Below the pieces are notes generated by a model that had not been told where the DNA came from, searched no databases, and saw nothing but the letters and a program-made list of their open reading frames with translations. Below are positions 30,597-40,243 of a stretch of 64,000 bases of DNA, in pieces. Positions within the stretch are counted from its first letter, which is position 1. Each line of letters opens with the position of its first letter. Made by a program: the position numbers and the translations under genes. Source of the stretch: a bacterium (lineage in GTDB: Bacteria > RBG-13-61-14 > DATKZS01); assembly GCA_963674965.2 (NCBI GenBank), contig CAXXFL010000007.1, forward strand, positions 608,001-672,000, given 5' to 3'.

Positions 30597-32039
30597 TCAT
30601 TCAGGATTCACGCTCAAATCGGTTGGTTTAAACATCGGGTGGGCCTCGGTGTTGAAGACCACTTTGTCGAAGTCGAATTCCCCGGGGGGCGCGAAGAGGA
30701 GGTAGAAGTATTTCATGGTCTCGGCCAGGAAAAAACTCTCCATTTCGTCGAGTTGGTTTTTGGACCTTACGTCGGCCAGGGCCGCGTAGCCGGCTTCCGT
30801 CTTGCAGTGTCTTACGAGCCCGTTGAAGAACACCGAGCCCATGCGGCGGTACTCCTCGTCTCCGGTGTAGTGATAAAGGTAATAGGCCGACTCGATTATT
30901 TCCGGCCTGAGATGATAGGGTCCGTAAACCACCTTCATGCTTTTGTAGTTCATAATCTCGGGCTCGATCCCGTGGAGGACCCACATCCGGTAACAGGATT
31001 TTTCGAGGGCCGCGGCCCGGCCCAGGTCGCCGCCCAGGGCCAGAAGGCCGGGCAGGAAAGCCTCGAGGGCGCCGAAGGTGGTCAGGGTCCGCCGGCCCGA
31101 CTTCATGCCCCCTCGGCCGTACCAGAGCCCCTCCCCCGTCTCGTCGGCCAGGTGGGCGTTGACGCCGCCGATGCTCCGCTCCCACATGTCCATGAATTTA
31201 TCGTCCTCAAAGAGGATCGCGCTCTTGAGAAGGTATTCGTAATAGCTGTCGGTCCCGCCGCCGATCGAGGCGTCCCTCCCGATCCAGAGGCCGGTCTCGA
31301 CGTCGATCATCGATCCCACCAGCCCGATATCCGAGCTCCTCTTATATAGCTCGATCGCCGCCCGCTCGGCCTTCTCGTGGTAGATCGGATTTCCCGTCAG
31401 CCTGGACAGGGTACCGTATTCGAGAAGGTAGGTACCGATCTCCGCGGGGTTGCTGAAACGGCCCGAGGTCTTCCCCGTCTTGAGGTTGACGATCCGATAG
31501 GGCATGCCGGTGGGCGAGTCGAAGACCGGCAGCATACGGTCGGCCAAGTCCCGGGCCAGGGCCAGGAAGCGCTCGTCGCCGTCCATCTGATATGCCGAGA
31601 TCAGGCCGCCCAGGACCCTGATGGACACCTCGAAGTGCTGGACCTCCATGTCATGGTCAAAAGAGAGTGAGTCGAAAATCAGCGCCTTGGCCTCCGCCGC
31701 CTCCCGGTCAAGGCCCATGATGAGCATGGTGTCGTAAGCGTCCACCGGCGTCATCAGGAGAGGCGCCTTGTACCAGTCCCGATGGCCCCTGGAAAGCGGC
31801 CTAAGAGCGTCGTGGCCCCAGGCGTATCGCTTATAGCCGTTCCAGGCGTGGAGGAATTCCGCCCTGACCATCTCCTTGGTAACGGGGGTCTCATCGATGA
31901 ACAAGGCGGCTTCCGTGGAAGTATTATTTATTGACAGCAGGGAACAACCCGCGGCGAGTATTCCGGCCGCCAGCATGGCGGCCATTGCCGGTCCGACCGC
32001 GGCCGTCAATAATTCCAATGGACTGATTTTCCTTTTCAC
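30597..32039 (-). CDS. GH47 class I alpha-1,2-mannosidase, probable lipoprotein
   Basis: HAWNGYKRYAWGHD, FEVSIRVLGGL, DSYYEYLLK, LRPEIIES, ESFFLAET, FNTEAHP; LAAGC lipobox; GTG start after GGAGG. Confidence 0.92.
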   Translation of the reverse strand: MKRKISPLELLTAAVGPAMAAMLAAGILAAGCSLLSINNTSTEAALFIDETPVTKEMVRAEFLHAWNGYKRYAWGHDALRPLSRGHRDWYKAPLLMTPVDAYDTMLIMGLDREAAEAKALIFDSLSFDHDMEVQHFEVSIRVLGGLISAYQMDGDERFLALARDLADRMLPVFDSPTGMPYRIVNLKTGKTSGRFSNPAEIGTYLLEYGTLSRLTGNPIYHEKAERAAIELYKRSSDIGLVGSMIDVETGLWIGRDASIGGGTDSYYEYLLKSAILFEDDKFMDMWERSIGGVNAHLADETGEGLWYGRGGMKSGRRTLTTFGALEAFLPGLLALGGDLGRAAALEKSCYRMWVLHGIEPEIMNYKSMKVVYGPYHLRPEIIESAYYLYHYTGDEEYRRMGSVFFNGLVRHCKTEAGYAALADVRSKNQLDEMESFFLAETMKYFYLLFAPPGEFDFDKVVFNTEAHPMFKPTDLSVNPE

Positions 32040-32480
32040 TTTGATTTTTCCTCCATTCCTTCCCGCCGGCGTCATGCGCGCTCGTCCTTTTGACAAGCCC
32101 TTGTGATTCGCTTAATCACCCCGCGTGAAAGCCAAAATCGATCGCGAAAAACAGGGCCATGCCTATGGCGCAATGGTTTCTTTCATGCTATCTTCCCAAA
32201 CAATATATGACAAGCGCCCGGGCCGCGTGGAATTTTTAGGTTTTATAACAATCATCTCCGCCGGGACCGAGGGCAAAGATCAAATGTAAATTATTAATTG
32301 CTTCGGACGGCGGCGCGGGAGAGGGGCCGTTGCCTGAGGGTTGGCTTGGCGGCGCCATGGCCGATCCCTTGTCGTTTTCCGAAAAATTGGATCACCAGTC
32401 ATTCTTTTGCATCAAAGAGGCTCTGGCATTTTCCGGCGGCCGTTCTTGCCGGCCGAGACGTGACTTAGCGAGGAGCGATC

Positions 32481-35400
32481 ATGAAGACTGAAGAACTCAA
32501 GGCTGGCGTTATAATAATCTGCCTTTCGATCCTGGCCATGGGCGCTATATTCCTTCCCGGCTCTCAGCCGGGGGAAGGCCGTACCCTTGAAGACCCGGCC
32601 AATTGCGGCTGCCACCGCGGATACGACGCCGCGGTCGAGCCCATGTACAACTGGCGGGGCTCGATGATGTCCATGTCCGCTCGCGACCCGATTTTCTTCG
32701 CCGCCCTGGACCTGGCCAACCACGACCTGGCCGACGCCGGGACCTTTTGCCTGCGCTGCCATTCCCCCTCGGCCCACCAGGCGGGCAGGACCACGCCTCC
32801 CGACGGCTCGGCCCTCACGGGCATCGACGTGGAGGGAGTCTCCTGCGACGTCTGCCACGCGCTGGTGGACCCGCTCAGCGCGGAGGGCCAGGCCCTGGCC
32901 GATCCCGACGTGACCTCCTACGGCAACGCCATGTGGGTCCTGACGGAGGGGCAGGAAAAACGCGGCCCTTACGACGACGCCGAGGCCAGGCACGTGTGGC
33001 AATACCATGATTTCCAAAGGTCATCCGAGGTCTGCGCCTCCTGCCACGACGTCAGCAATCCCCTTTTATGCGACGCCGGCGACCCCTACAACGTACAGAA
33101 ATGCTTCACCGAGCAGCGCACCTACAGCGAATGGAAAAACAGTTCCTTCTCGTCCATGGGCGAAGCGGGAAACTGCCAGTCGTGCCACATGCCGCACGTG
33201 GCCGACGGCAAGGCCTGCAAGCAGGGATCCATCCGGACTTTCCTGCCGGTCCACCATCAAAACGGCGGCAACTCCTGGGTACCCGACGCCATCGCCTTGT
33301 TGTTCGCGGGCGACAACTCGATCGACTTCGACGCCCTGGCCGACGGTAAAGACCGCGCCATCGCCCTGGTCCAGGACGCCTCGACCCTGGAGAGCTTCGA
33401 CAAGACCGACGGGGGACCGGGCCTCATCTCGGTCCGTATCACCAATTCGACCGGCCACAAGCTGCCCACCGGATACCCGGAGGGACGCCGCATGTGGATC
33501 AACGTTATCGGTTACGACGCGGCCGATCAGCCGGCCTTCGAGTCCGGCGCCTACAACCTGGCCACCGCCGATCTGACCCTCGACTCGCAGGCCAAGGTCT
33601 ACGAGGCCCACTTCGGGGTCGAGCAGGGAGACGGGTCCTGCCTGCCAACCTTCCGCCTGGTCCAGAACAACTGCCTGGAAAAGGACAACCGTATCCCCCC
33701 CCGCGGCTTTACCAACGCGGCCTTCGAGGCGGTGGGCGCGGGTCACGAGCATTACCATTACGAGGACGGCCAGTACTGGGACGACACTCCCTACGCCCTG
33801 CCCCCCGGCGTGGTCCGGGTGGACGTGAACCTTTACTACCAGACGACCACCAGGGAGTATATCGAGTTCCTGGCCGCGGCCGACGGATCGAGCGTTCGCG
33901 GCGCCGAGCTTTTAAGCGCCTTCAACTCGACGAATAAGGCCGCTCCCGTTCTCATGGAAAGCGCGTCCCTCGTCATTGACTCGGACCTGGACGGCATGGG
34001 CAACGCCTGGGAGACGGCCAACGGCCTCGACCCCGGCGACTCGGCCGACGCCGTCCAAGACCTGGACGGCGACAGCCTTTCCAACCTCGAGGAATACCTT
34101 AACGGCACGGACCCGAACCTCGCCGATACCGACGGCGACAACCTGGACGACGGCCAGGAGGTAAACCACTACTTCACCGATCCCCTCAACCCGGACACGG
34201 ACGATGACGGCCTGACCGACGGCCTGGAGGGCAACACCCTCCTCACCAGCCCGCTCGAGTGGGACACGGACTCGGGCGGGGAAGGCGACGGCTCCGAGTA
34301 CAACATGGGCCGAAACCCCCTTGACCCGGACGACGACGCGGAGATAGCCGCCTACGACGCCATATGGACGGCGCCTCGCTGCGTCACGGGCAGGGGCATT
34401 TGCCTGGTCACGGAGGACTTAATCCTCGGCCGCGACACCATGGCCGGCGGACCCGAGCCCAACCAGCCCAATACCATCAGCCTCGATCCCTGTCCCGACG
34501 GGACCACGGGGGATTTCCATTCCGACGAGTCCATCGACCGGATGATCGTGACCGACCTGTCGGGCTCGACCTTTTTCGCGGGCGACACGGTCGAGGTGAC
34601 GGTCGCCCTCTGGTGCTGGACCGACGTGGGCTACGACCAGGTCAACGTTTACAACGGGGACTCGGCGAGCGGCTGGACATACCTTGGCGGCCAGGCCTGT
34701 CCCGGCATCGGGGCCCAGACCCTGTCCGTGGTCGGCCGCCTGGGAGACCACGTGGGGGACCAGTACATCCGGGCCGTCTTCTCCTACGAGTCTCCCCCCT
34801 CGGTATGCGACGCAGGGAGCTACTCCGACCACGACGACGTGGTCATAGCGGTCACGGGCCCCGCCTCCATCGACACGGACGGCGACGGGCTGAGCGATTA
34901 CGACGAATCCACCTATTACCTGACCGACCCGGAGGACCCCGACACGGACGGCGACGGGGCGATCGACTCGGCCGAGATTCTGGAGGGAACGGACCCGCTG
35001 TCCCCCACTGACTTCCTGGCCTTTGTTCCCAGGCTGCTCAATTACCAGGCCCGCCTAAACGAAGCGGACGGCTCTCCGGTGAATGGAGCGCTGAGCATGG
35101 TCTTCTCGATTCACGAGAGCGCCGGCGGCTCGACGGTCCTCTGGCAGGAGGGCTCGACCGTGGACGTGGCCGACGGTATTTTCAGCGTCATGCTGGGAGG
35201 ACAAAGCGCCCTTCCCTCCGATCTTTTCAACGGTGACGACGCCTGGCTGGAGATCGAGGTGGAAGGCGAGGATATGGTCCCCCGCAAACGAGCGGCCGCC
35301 GAGGGATTCTCGCATAACGCCCTGCGCCTCGGCGGGCAAAGGATCGAGTCCGGTACAAAAACCGTAAGCGCGGCGAACCAGTCTAACCTGACCGTCAACG

Positions 35401-35597
35401 TGGTCTTCTCGCGCCTGTTTAACGGGGCCCCGCGGGTGGCCGTCGGTCCCTCCAGCCTGGCCGCCGGAGGCGAGACCTTCGTCATCGGCGGGATTTATAA
35501 CCTCACCTCCGTGGGCTTCACCGCGCGCCTGGAAACCAAAAGCGGGGCGCCCGCGACGGGAGAGATATCATTTAGCTGGATCGCCATGGGAGAATAA
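32481..35597 (+). CDS. Secreted multiheme cytochrome c with Ca-binding repeats and fibre/lectin-like C-terminus
   Basis: CLRCH, CDVCH, CASCH, CQSCH plus atypical CGCH; GHKLPTG; many DxDxDG repeats; LLNYQARL module; terminal FSWIAMG. Confidence 0.8.
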   Translation: MKTEELKAGVIIICLSILAMGAIFLPGSQPGEGRTLEDPANCGCHRGYDAAVEPMYNWRGSMMSMSARDPIFFAALDLANHDLADAGTFCLRCHSPSAHQAGRTTPPDGSALTGIDVEGVSCDVCHALVDPLSAEGQALADPDVTSYGNAMWVLTEGQEKRGPYDDAEARHVWQYHDFQRSSEVCASCHDVSNPLLCDAGDPYNVQKCFTEQRTYSEWKNSSFSSMGEAGNCQSCHMPHVADGKACKQGSIRTFLPVHHQNGGNSWVPDAIALLFAGDNSIDFDALADGKDRAIALVQDASTLESFDKTDGGPGLISVRITNSTGHKLPTGYPEGRRMWINVIGYDAADQPAFESGAYNLATADLTLDSQAKVYEAHFGVEQGDGSCLPTFRLVQNNCLEKDNRIPPRGFTNAAFEAVGAGHEHYHYEDGQYWDDTPYALPPGVVRVDVNLYYQTTTREYIEFLAAADGSSVRGAELLSAFNSTNKAAPVLMESASLVIDSDLDGMGNAWETANGLDPGDSADAVQDLDGDSLSNLEEYLNGTDPNLADTDGDNLDDGQEVNHYFTDPLNPDTDDDGLTDGLEGNTLLTSPLEWDTDSGGEGDGSEYNMGRNPLDPDDDAEIAAYDAIWTAPRCVTGRGICLVTEDLILGRDTMAGGPEPNQPNTISLDPCPDGTTGDFHSDESIDRMIVTDLSGSTFFAGDTVEVTVALWCWTDVGYDQVNVYNGDSASGWTYLGGQACPGIGAQTLSVVGRLGDHVGDQYIRAVFSYESPPSVCDAGSYSDHDDVVIAVTGPASIDTDGDGLSDYDESTYYLTDPEDPDTDGDGAIDSAEILEGTDPLSPTDFLAFVPRLLNYQARLNEADGSPVNGALSMVFSIHESAGGSTVLWQEGSTVDVADGIFSVMLGGQSALPSDLFNGDDAWLEIEVEGEDMVPRKRAAAEGFSHNALRLGGQRIESGTKTVSAANQSNLTVNVVFSRLFNGAPRVAVGPSSLAAGGETFVIGGIYNLTSVGFTARLETKSGAPATGEISFSWIAMGE

Positions 35598-35633
35598 AAG
35601 ACTTGCGTCCGCTATACGCGAATTTTTACGGCT

Positions 35634-35671
35634 TGAGAGGACGGGGGAGGCGACTCCCTCTCCCACTCGAT
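35634..35671 (+). mobile_element. 38-nt 3' remnant of the group II intron (domain V/VI junction plus domain VI)
   Basis: 36/38 identical to 12001-12038 and ends at the same ACTCGAT boundary. Confidence 0.85.
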
Positions 35672-35762
35672 GAAAAGACGGCCGTTCCCGGCCATCGCGA
35701 AAATGGCCACGCCCGTATTTTCTAGACCGGGCCTCTTCTCGCTATCCTGGCTTTCTTACCTT

Positions 35763-36737
35763 TCACGCCTCTTTAACCTCCTCCTCGCCCGGCGCCATCT
35801 TCTCTTTCAGCGCGATGACTTTCTCGATGCCCGCCGCGTCGATAATGAGGTTATCCACCACGTCCTCGCTGACGTACTCGGTATTTGCGGCGCCCTCGGT
35901 CTGGCCGCTCGCCTGGTCTCGTTTATCGGGGCCGTCTTTGACCAGTTTCACCTTCAGGTATCCGATCTGGAGACATTTCTTGCACCGGTGAAGCTGGACC
36001 TCCGAGCGCTCTTTCTCCCCGGGAGCGCCAAGTCCCTCCAGGACGTCGTAGTTGCCCGACTCGAGCTCGTAGCGGAACTGGCTTTTGTCCTGGACCGGAC
36101 CCAGCTTAAGAGGCGAGTCGAAAACCGACTCGGCCCATTCCCCGCAATGCTCGCAAAAGGGAGTATACCTGGCCGAGCCGTCGGCGATGGTCACGGACAG
36201 TAGAAGTATCAAAAGGGCCTCGAGAATCCAGGCGATATAAAGCCAAAGGCCCGATGGGGTCCAGCCGAATATTTGCCATGCTCCCGCGTTTCCTATTGAA
36301 ACAATATTTTTGCCAAGCTCAAGAGGGTTGAATATCCAAACGTTCAGCGGCTCTTCCGCGCCGGCGTAAAAGAAATGGACCCACGCCACCCACTGGACAT
36401 AGACTCCCAAGACGCCCGTAATCAAACCGAAAAATGAAGCCAACATGGGCGAGCGGACCTTGCCGGCGGTCACGCCGAAGCTGACGCCGAGTCCAAGTAT
36501 GAATCCGAAAATGAAGCTGATTATAAAGGTAAACGCCTCAAAGGGATTGATATAGGAACCCCATCCATAAGCCGCGCCGCCCAGGAACGCGGCCATGCTT
36601 CCGAATAAAGGCATATAGATCAGGCCAAGGGGCGATATTTTGCCCGAGGGCGTATAATATTTTGAGGGAAGATAGTCGTACTCGGGCACGGCGTAGGTTT
36701 CGGGGTTATAGTGTTTATAATCCTTCACTGGGGCCAT
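35763..36737 (-). CDS. Hypothetical membrane protein with C-terminal CxxC pairs
   Basis: About four TM helices; CEHC and CKKC. Confidence 0.75.
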   Translation of the reverse strand: MAPVKDYKHYNPETYAVPEYDYLPSKYYTPSGKISPLGLIYMPLFGSMAAFLGGAAYGWGSYINPFEAFTFIISFIFGFILGLGVSFGVTAGKVRSPMLASFFGLITGVLGVYVQWVAWVHFFYAGAEEPLNVWIFNPLELGKNIVSIGNAGAWQIFGWTPSGLWLYIAWILEALLILLLSVTIADGSARYTPFCEHCGEWAESVFDSPLKLGPVQDKSQFRYELESGNYDVLEGLGAPGEKERSEVQLHRCKKCLQIGYLKVKLVKDGPDKRDQASGQTEGAANTEYVSEDVVDNLIIDAAGIEKVIALKEKMAPGEEEVKEA

Positions 36738-36975
36738 CCTTCATTTCTCGAAATTGCAAAAAATGGTAATGCTTTGGAATAATTATAGCACGAACAAGCT
36801 TATAGCCAAGCTGTCAATTACGCTTCCACCCCGGCTAAAAGGCCGTTTCTTCAGTATAAATGCCTGATAATAAAAGATTAAAAAAAATTATTCCGCCGCG
36901 CCGCGATTGATAAAGAACTTTATAAAACGGGTTCATTTTTTGAATCCTTATTCTTCCGGCAAACATCTTAAACAT

Positions 36976-37050
36976 AGATTCCCAAAAACTTGCCAAACCT
37001 TTTCATCATTACCGAGTCCCGGAAGCAGCGCCGGGACTCGGTAATTTTTT
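36976..37050 (+). ncRNA. Candidate sRNA, unit 1 of a tandem array (5' end inferred)
   Basis: Weaker ECF-like promoter GAATCC-N18-TCTTA (36942-36970); seed CAAACCTTTTCATCATT at 36994-37010; perfect 15-bp hairpin plus T6. Confidence 0.55.
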
Positions 37051-37062
37051 GTATAAGGCGCG

Positions 37063-37089
37063 GAACTTTTCCGCCTCGGCGCGGTCTGA
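37063..37089 (+). promoter_or_regulatory. SigmaE/AlgU-type ECF promoter
   Basis: GAACTT-N16-TCTGA, matching the RpoE/AlgU consensus. Confidence 0.7.
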
Positions 37090-37094
37090 ATATT

Positions 37095-37169
37095 TGATCC
37101 CTCCAAAATGCCAACCCTTTCTTCTTGAAGCGTCTTCGGAAACGGAGGCGCTTCTCACTTTTTTTTTTT
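37095..37169 (+). ncRNA. Candidate sRNA, unit 2 (5' end inferred)
   Basis: CCCTCC plus variant seed CCAACCCTTTCTTCTT; 12-bp GAAA-loop hairpin with two G-U pairs; T11. Confidence 0.6.
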
Positions 37170-37181
37170 GCACTTTTTTGG

Positions 37182-37208
37182 GAACCTATTTTCACGGCGG
37201 GCGTCTTA
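37182..37208 (+). promoter_or_regulatory. ECF-type promoter
   Basis: GAACCT-N16-TCTTA, same spacing as unit 2. Confidence 0.6.
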
Positions 37209-37213
37209 CAATT

Positions 37214-37277
37214 AATAGCCAAATACAAACCTTTTCATCATTCTCCTAATCCCCGGTCGCCAAGCCGGGGATTTTTT
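37214..37277 (+). ncRNA. Candidate sRNA, unit 3 (5' end inferred)
   Basis: 17-nt seed identical to unit 1 (37226-37242), then CTCCT, 10-bp hairpin and T6. Confidence 0.6.
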
Positions 37278-37366
37278 ATGGCCCACCCGATCGTTACCTA
37301 CTCCTATAATATTTTTCTTGGCAAAAGGAACCAGTCCGCCTATAATCTGACCAAAGGGTAAAGGAG

Positions 37367-38605
37367 GTGGTCATGGCCGAGATAAATCTGACTAAATCTT
37401 ATGAGCTTTTCGAGCGGGCCCAGAGTATTTCTCCAGGTGGATACCAGGCTCCTCAAAACCCCTATTTTTATGGTTACGGCTCTTCTCCCGCTTTCCTGGC
37501 CAGGGGCAAAGGGTGCAGGGTCTGGGACGTTGACGGAAACGAATACATCGATTTCCTATGCGGCCTTGGAGCCATAGTGCTGGGCATGGGCAATCGGGTG
37601 GTGGACGAGGCCGCTCGCTCCCAGATGGAAAAAGGCGATTTAATGACCTTTCCCTCCTCCAAGTGGGTCGAACTGGCCCAGTACCTGGTGGACAGGATAC
37701 CGGGCATGGACTGGGCCATCTTCGCCAAGAACGGCTCGGACGCCACCACCTACATGACCCGCGTGGCCCGGGCCCACACGGGAAGGTCAGGCATAGCCAT
37801 GATAAGTCACGCCTATCACGGTTTCCATTACTGGTGCTCGGGCCCGGACCCGTCCATACCCCCCGAGTACCAGTCGGGCGTGTATTCCTTCCATTTCAAT
37901 CAGGCCCGAGAAATCGAGCGCCTGGTGGAAGAAAAAAAAGGAGAAATAGCCGCCGTGATACTGACCCCGGTGAGGCATGACGTGGCCAGCGCGCAGGTCC
38001 TTCCTACCCCCGAGTTCCTGGCCGCGGTGAGGAATATTTGCGACCGGGAGGGCATGCTCCTTCTCCTGGACGACGTGCGCTGCGGCTTCAGGTATCACGA
38101 GAACGGCTCGGCCGAGTATTTTGGCGTCGAGCCCGACATGATAGCCTTTGGCAAGGCCATGTCCAACGGTTACCCGATCTCGGCGGCCATGGGCAGGAGG
38201 AATCTTATGGAGGCGGCGCGAAAATTCATGTTCATTGGCACTCATTTTTACAGCGCCTCTCCCATGGCGGCGGCGCTGGCGTGCCTCGAGGAGATCAAAG
38301 CCTCGGGCGCGGTCGAGCATATGCTGAAAATGGGCGAGTTATTAAAGGAGGGCATTCTGGACGCGGCCGGGGAAAACGGCTTCAAGATCGATTACTCGGG
38401 CCATCCCACCATGCCCCTTATGATGTTCGAGGATGACCCGATATTCGAGAAGGCCAGACGCTTTAGCGCCCTGGCCCTGGAAAGAGGAGTGATCATCCAC
38501 CCCATCCACAACTGGTTCATCTGCGCGGCCCACGGTAAGGATGACGTTGAGCGGGCCGTCTCGGCCCTGGCCGATTGTTTCAGCGTGATGGCCGGCGAGG
38601 ACTGA
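37367..38605 (+). CDS. Class III aminotransferase (GSA-aminomutase-like)
   Basis: VWDVDGNEYID, DDVRCGFR, FGKAMSNGYP. Confidence 0.9.
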   Translation: MVMAEINLTKSYELFERAQSISPGGYQAPQNPYFYGYGSSPAFLARGKGCRVWDVDGNEYIDFLCGLGAIVLGMGNRVVDEAARSQMEKGDLMTFPSSKWVELAQYLVDRIPGMDWAIFAKNGSDATTYMTRVARAHTGRSGIAMISHAYHGFHYWCSGPDPSIPPEYQSGVYSFHFNQAREIERLVEEKKGEIAAVILTPVRHDVASAQVLPTPEFLAAVRNICDREGMLLLLDDVRCGFRYHENGSAEYFGVEPDMIAFGKAMSNGYPISAAMGRRNLMEAARKFMFIGTHFYSASPMAAALACLEEIKASGAVEHMLKMGELLKEGILDAAGENGFKIDYSGHPTMPLMMFEDDPIFEKARRFSALALERGVIIHPIHNWFICAAHGKDDVERAVSALADCFSVMAGED

Positions 38606-40223
38606 CCGGAGCTTCATGGCCTTGTTCCAGGTTGGTCAGCCTTATCTTGCCGGCCTTCTGGATGGCCTCGTCCCAGCCCGTCCCCTTTTTGAGGAAGACC
38701 ACCGTGTTTCTTTTGCCGTCCGCCTGCACCAGGACCCAGGACGGGTCGTCAATCATCCTTATGGTCAAGTCGCGAAGATAGGCGTCCCACAGGTCGAGCA
38801 CCGCGGCCTCGGGACGGTATTCGATCTCGATCGCCTTCAACCCGAGCGGGTCACGCAGGGCGTTCCTCCAAAGGTCCAGGGTGTACTCCCCCTTGATCTC
38901 CATCCTCGGGTCGGCCATCACCGTCCAGTCGGGCCAGCCGGCGAAGTAAAGATAACCTCCCAGCCTCACGCTGGTGATGACTTTGCCCTTGTAGCCGATC
39001 GACTTAAGATAATCCACTGACTCGACCGGGTAATAGCGGTAAGAAAACCCCAACCCCGGCTCGCGACCGGTCCGGTCCCAGTTCCGGTACGGCTGGATAA
39101 GGGTCAGCGTGGAAAGAAGCAAGGATATAACCACCGTCACGGCGGACGTGGAAAGTGACGCCTTCCTGACAAGGGACGGAGAAAAAGGACGGATGAACAA
39201 GACGTCAAGGTTCACCAGCGTCAGATGGATAAGGGACACGCTCGCGACGGACACGTTCCGCCTGGCGTTGACCGCCAGGTAGAAAAAAGCCGCTCCCACC
39301 AGAAGCTGAAAAGGCCGGACCTTCTTGCCCGCCAAAACGGAGGTAATAGCCGCGGAGGCCGCCGACAGGAAAAAAAATTTCACCGCTCGAAGCGCCGGCG
39401 GATCGGCAAACATGGATTGTATCTCGACGATGGTCTTTTTCTGGAGGGTCGCCCCCGTGGCCACCTCACCGAATAGCTCGAGGGGAAACAAAAAACCCTT
39501 CAGGCCGTAAGGCTGAACAAAACACGCGGCCACACAGGCGGCCAGGGTCGCAAGCCATGGCCAGGGCAAAATTCCCCTCCAGCCGAATTCCCTCTTCCGG
39601 ATCGCCTCGGAAACCATGTCCGCCAGGAAGGACCCTAAAATTACCAGACCGATAGGCCAAAGCCCCTGCGAGTTGGCCCAAAGAACCTGCACGGCGGGGG
39701 CCAGGATCAGGAGCCTCGTCTTTCCCGCGGCCGCCCTCTCAAGGACAAAGTACATGACGGCCATGTAAAGGCAGGTAAGAAGCTCGGGCCGGGCCATGAT
39801 CCGGGAGTCGATGGACAGGGCGAATATGACCCCGATCAGGGCCTTGATTGAAAGAGGCGTTTTCTCCGAGGTCGAGAAGAGAAGTAAAACCATGGTGGAG
39901 GACGCCAGGACCATGACCATAATCGACAGCCCCGTTCCGCCTCCCGCCCGATAAAAGGCGTAGCTTATCACCTGGAAGAGCCACTGGGCGTCGATCCATT
40001 CCATGCCCTGCCTGGTGAAGTTCCAGAAGTCAACCCTGGGGACGGCGAGGTTGTCGATTATCCATTCTCCCGTTTTGACGTGCCAGGGGATATCGTAGCT
40101 GTTTACCTTGTACGCCGAAAGAATCAGGATGAAGCCAAGGGCAAAGAAAAAGGATACAACGCCAAGCGCCCGGCCGAGCTTGCCATCTCCTTGGGCGGAC
40201 CCTTTGGCTCCGGCATGATCCAT
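38580..40223 (-). CDS. Polytopic membrane protein, possibly GT-C-like
   Basis: DIPWHVKTGEWI, RPEL, LWAN; many TM helices. Confidence 0.7.
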   Translation of the reverse strand: MDHAGAKGSAQGDGKLGRALGVVSFFFALGFILILSAYKVNSYDIPWHVKTGEWIIDNLAVPRVDFWNFTRQGMEWIDAQWLFQVISYAFYRAGGGTGLSIMVMVLASSTMVLLLFSTSEKTPLSIKALIGVIFALSIDSRIMARPELLTCLYMAVMYFVLERAAAGKTRLLILAPAVQVLWANSQGLWPIGLVILGSFLADMVSEAIRKREFGWRGILPWPWLATLAACVAACFVQPYGLKGFLFPLELFGEVATGATLQKKTIVEIQSMFADPPALRAVKFFFLSAASAAITSVLAGKKVRPFQLLVGAAFFYLAVNARRNVSVASVSLIHLTLVNLDVLFIRPFSPSLVRKASLSTSAVTVVISLLLSTLTLIQPYRNWDRTGREPGLGFSYRYYPVESVDYLKSIGYKGKVITSVRLGGYLYFAGWPDWTVMADPRMEIKGEYTLDLWRNALRDPLGLKAIEIEYRPEAAVLDLWDAYLRDLTIRMIDDPSWVLVQADGKRNTVVFLKKGTGWDEAIQKAGKIRLTNLEQGHEAPVSPRRPSR

Positions 40224-40243
40224 GGGACGCGGTCCTCCGGGTC

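Noticed and set aside
36994-37242. CRISPR array
   Set aside because: Only two exact 17-nt copies plus a variant, separated by terminators and promoters; no cas genes.
36968-37247. Minus-strand micro-ORFs MMKRFGKFLGIYV and MMKRFVFGY as the explanation of the 17-nt repeat
   Set aside because: Promoters, G-U pairs and T-tracts all orient to +, unit 2 has no ATG, and only one micro-ORF has an SD. Less likely, but not excluded.
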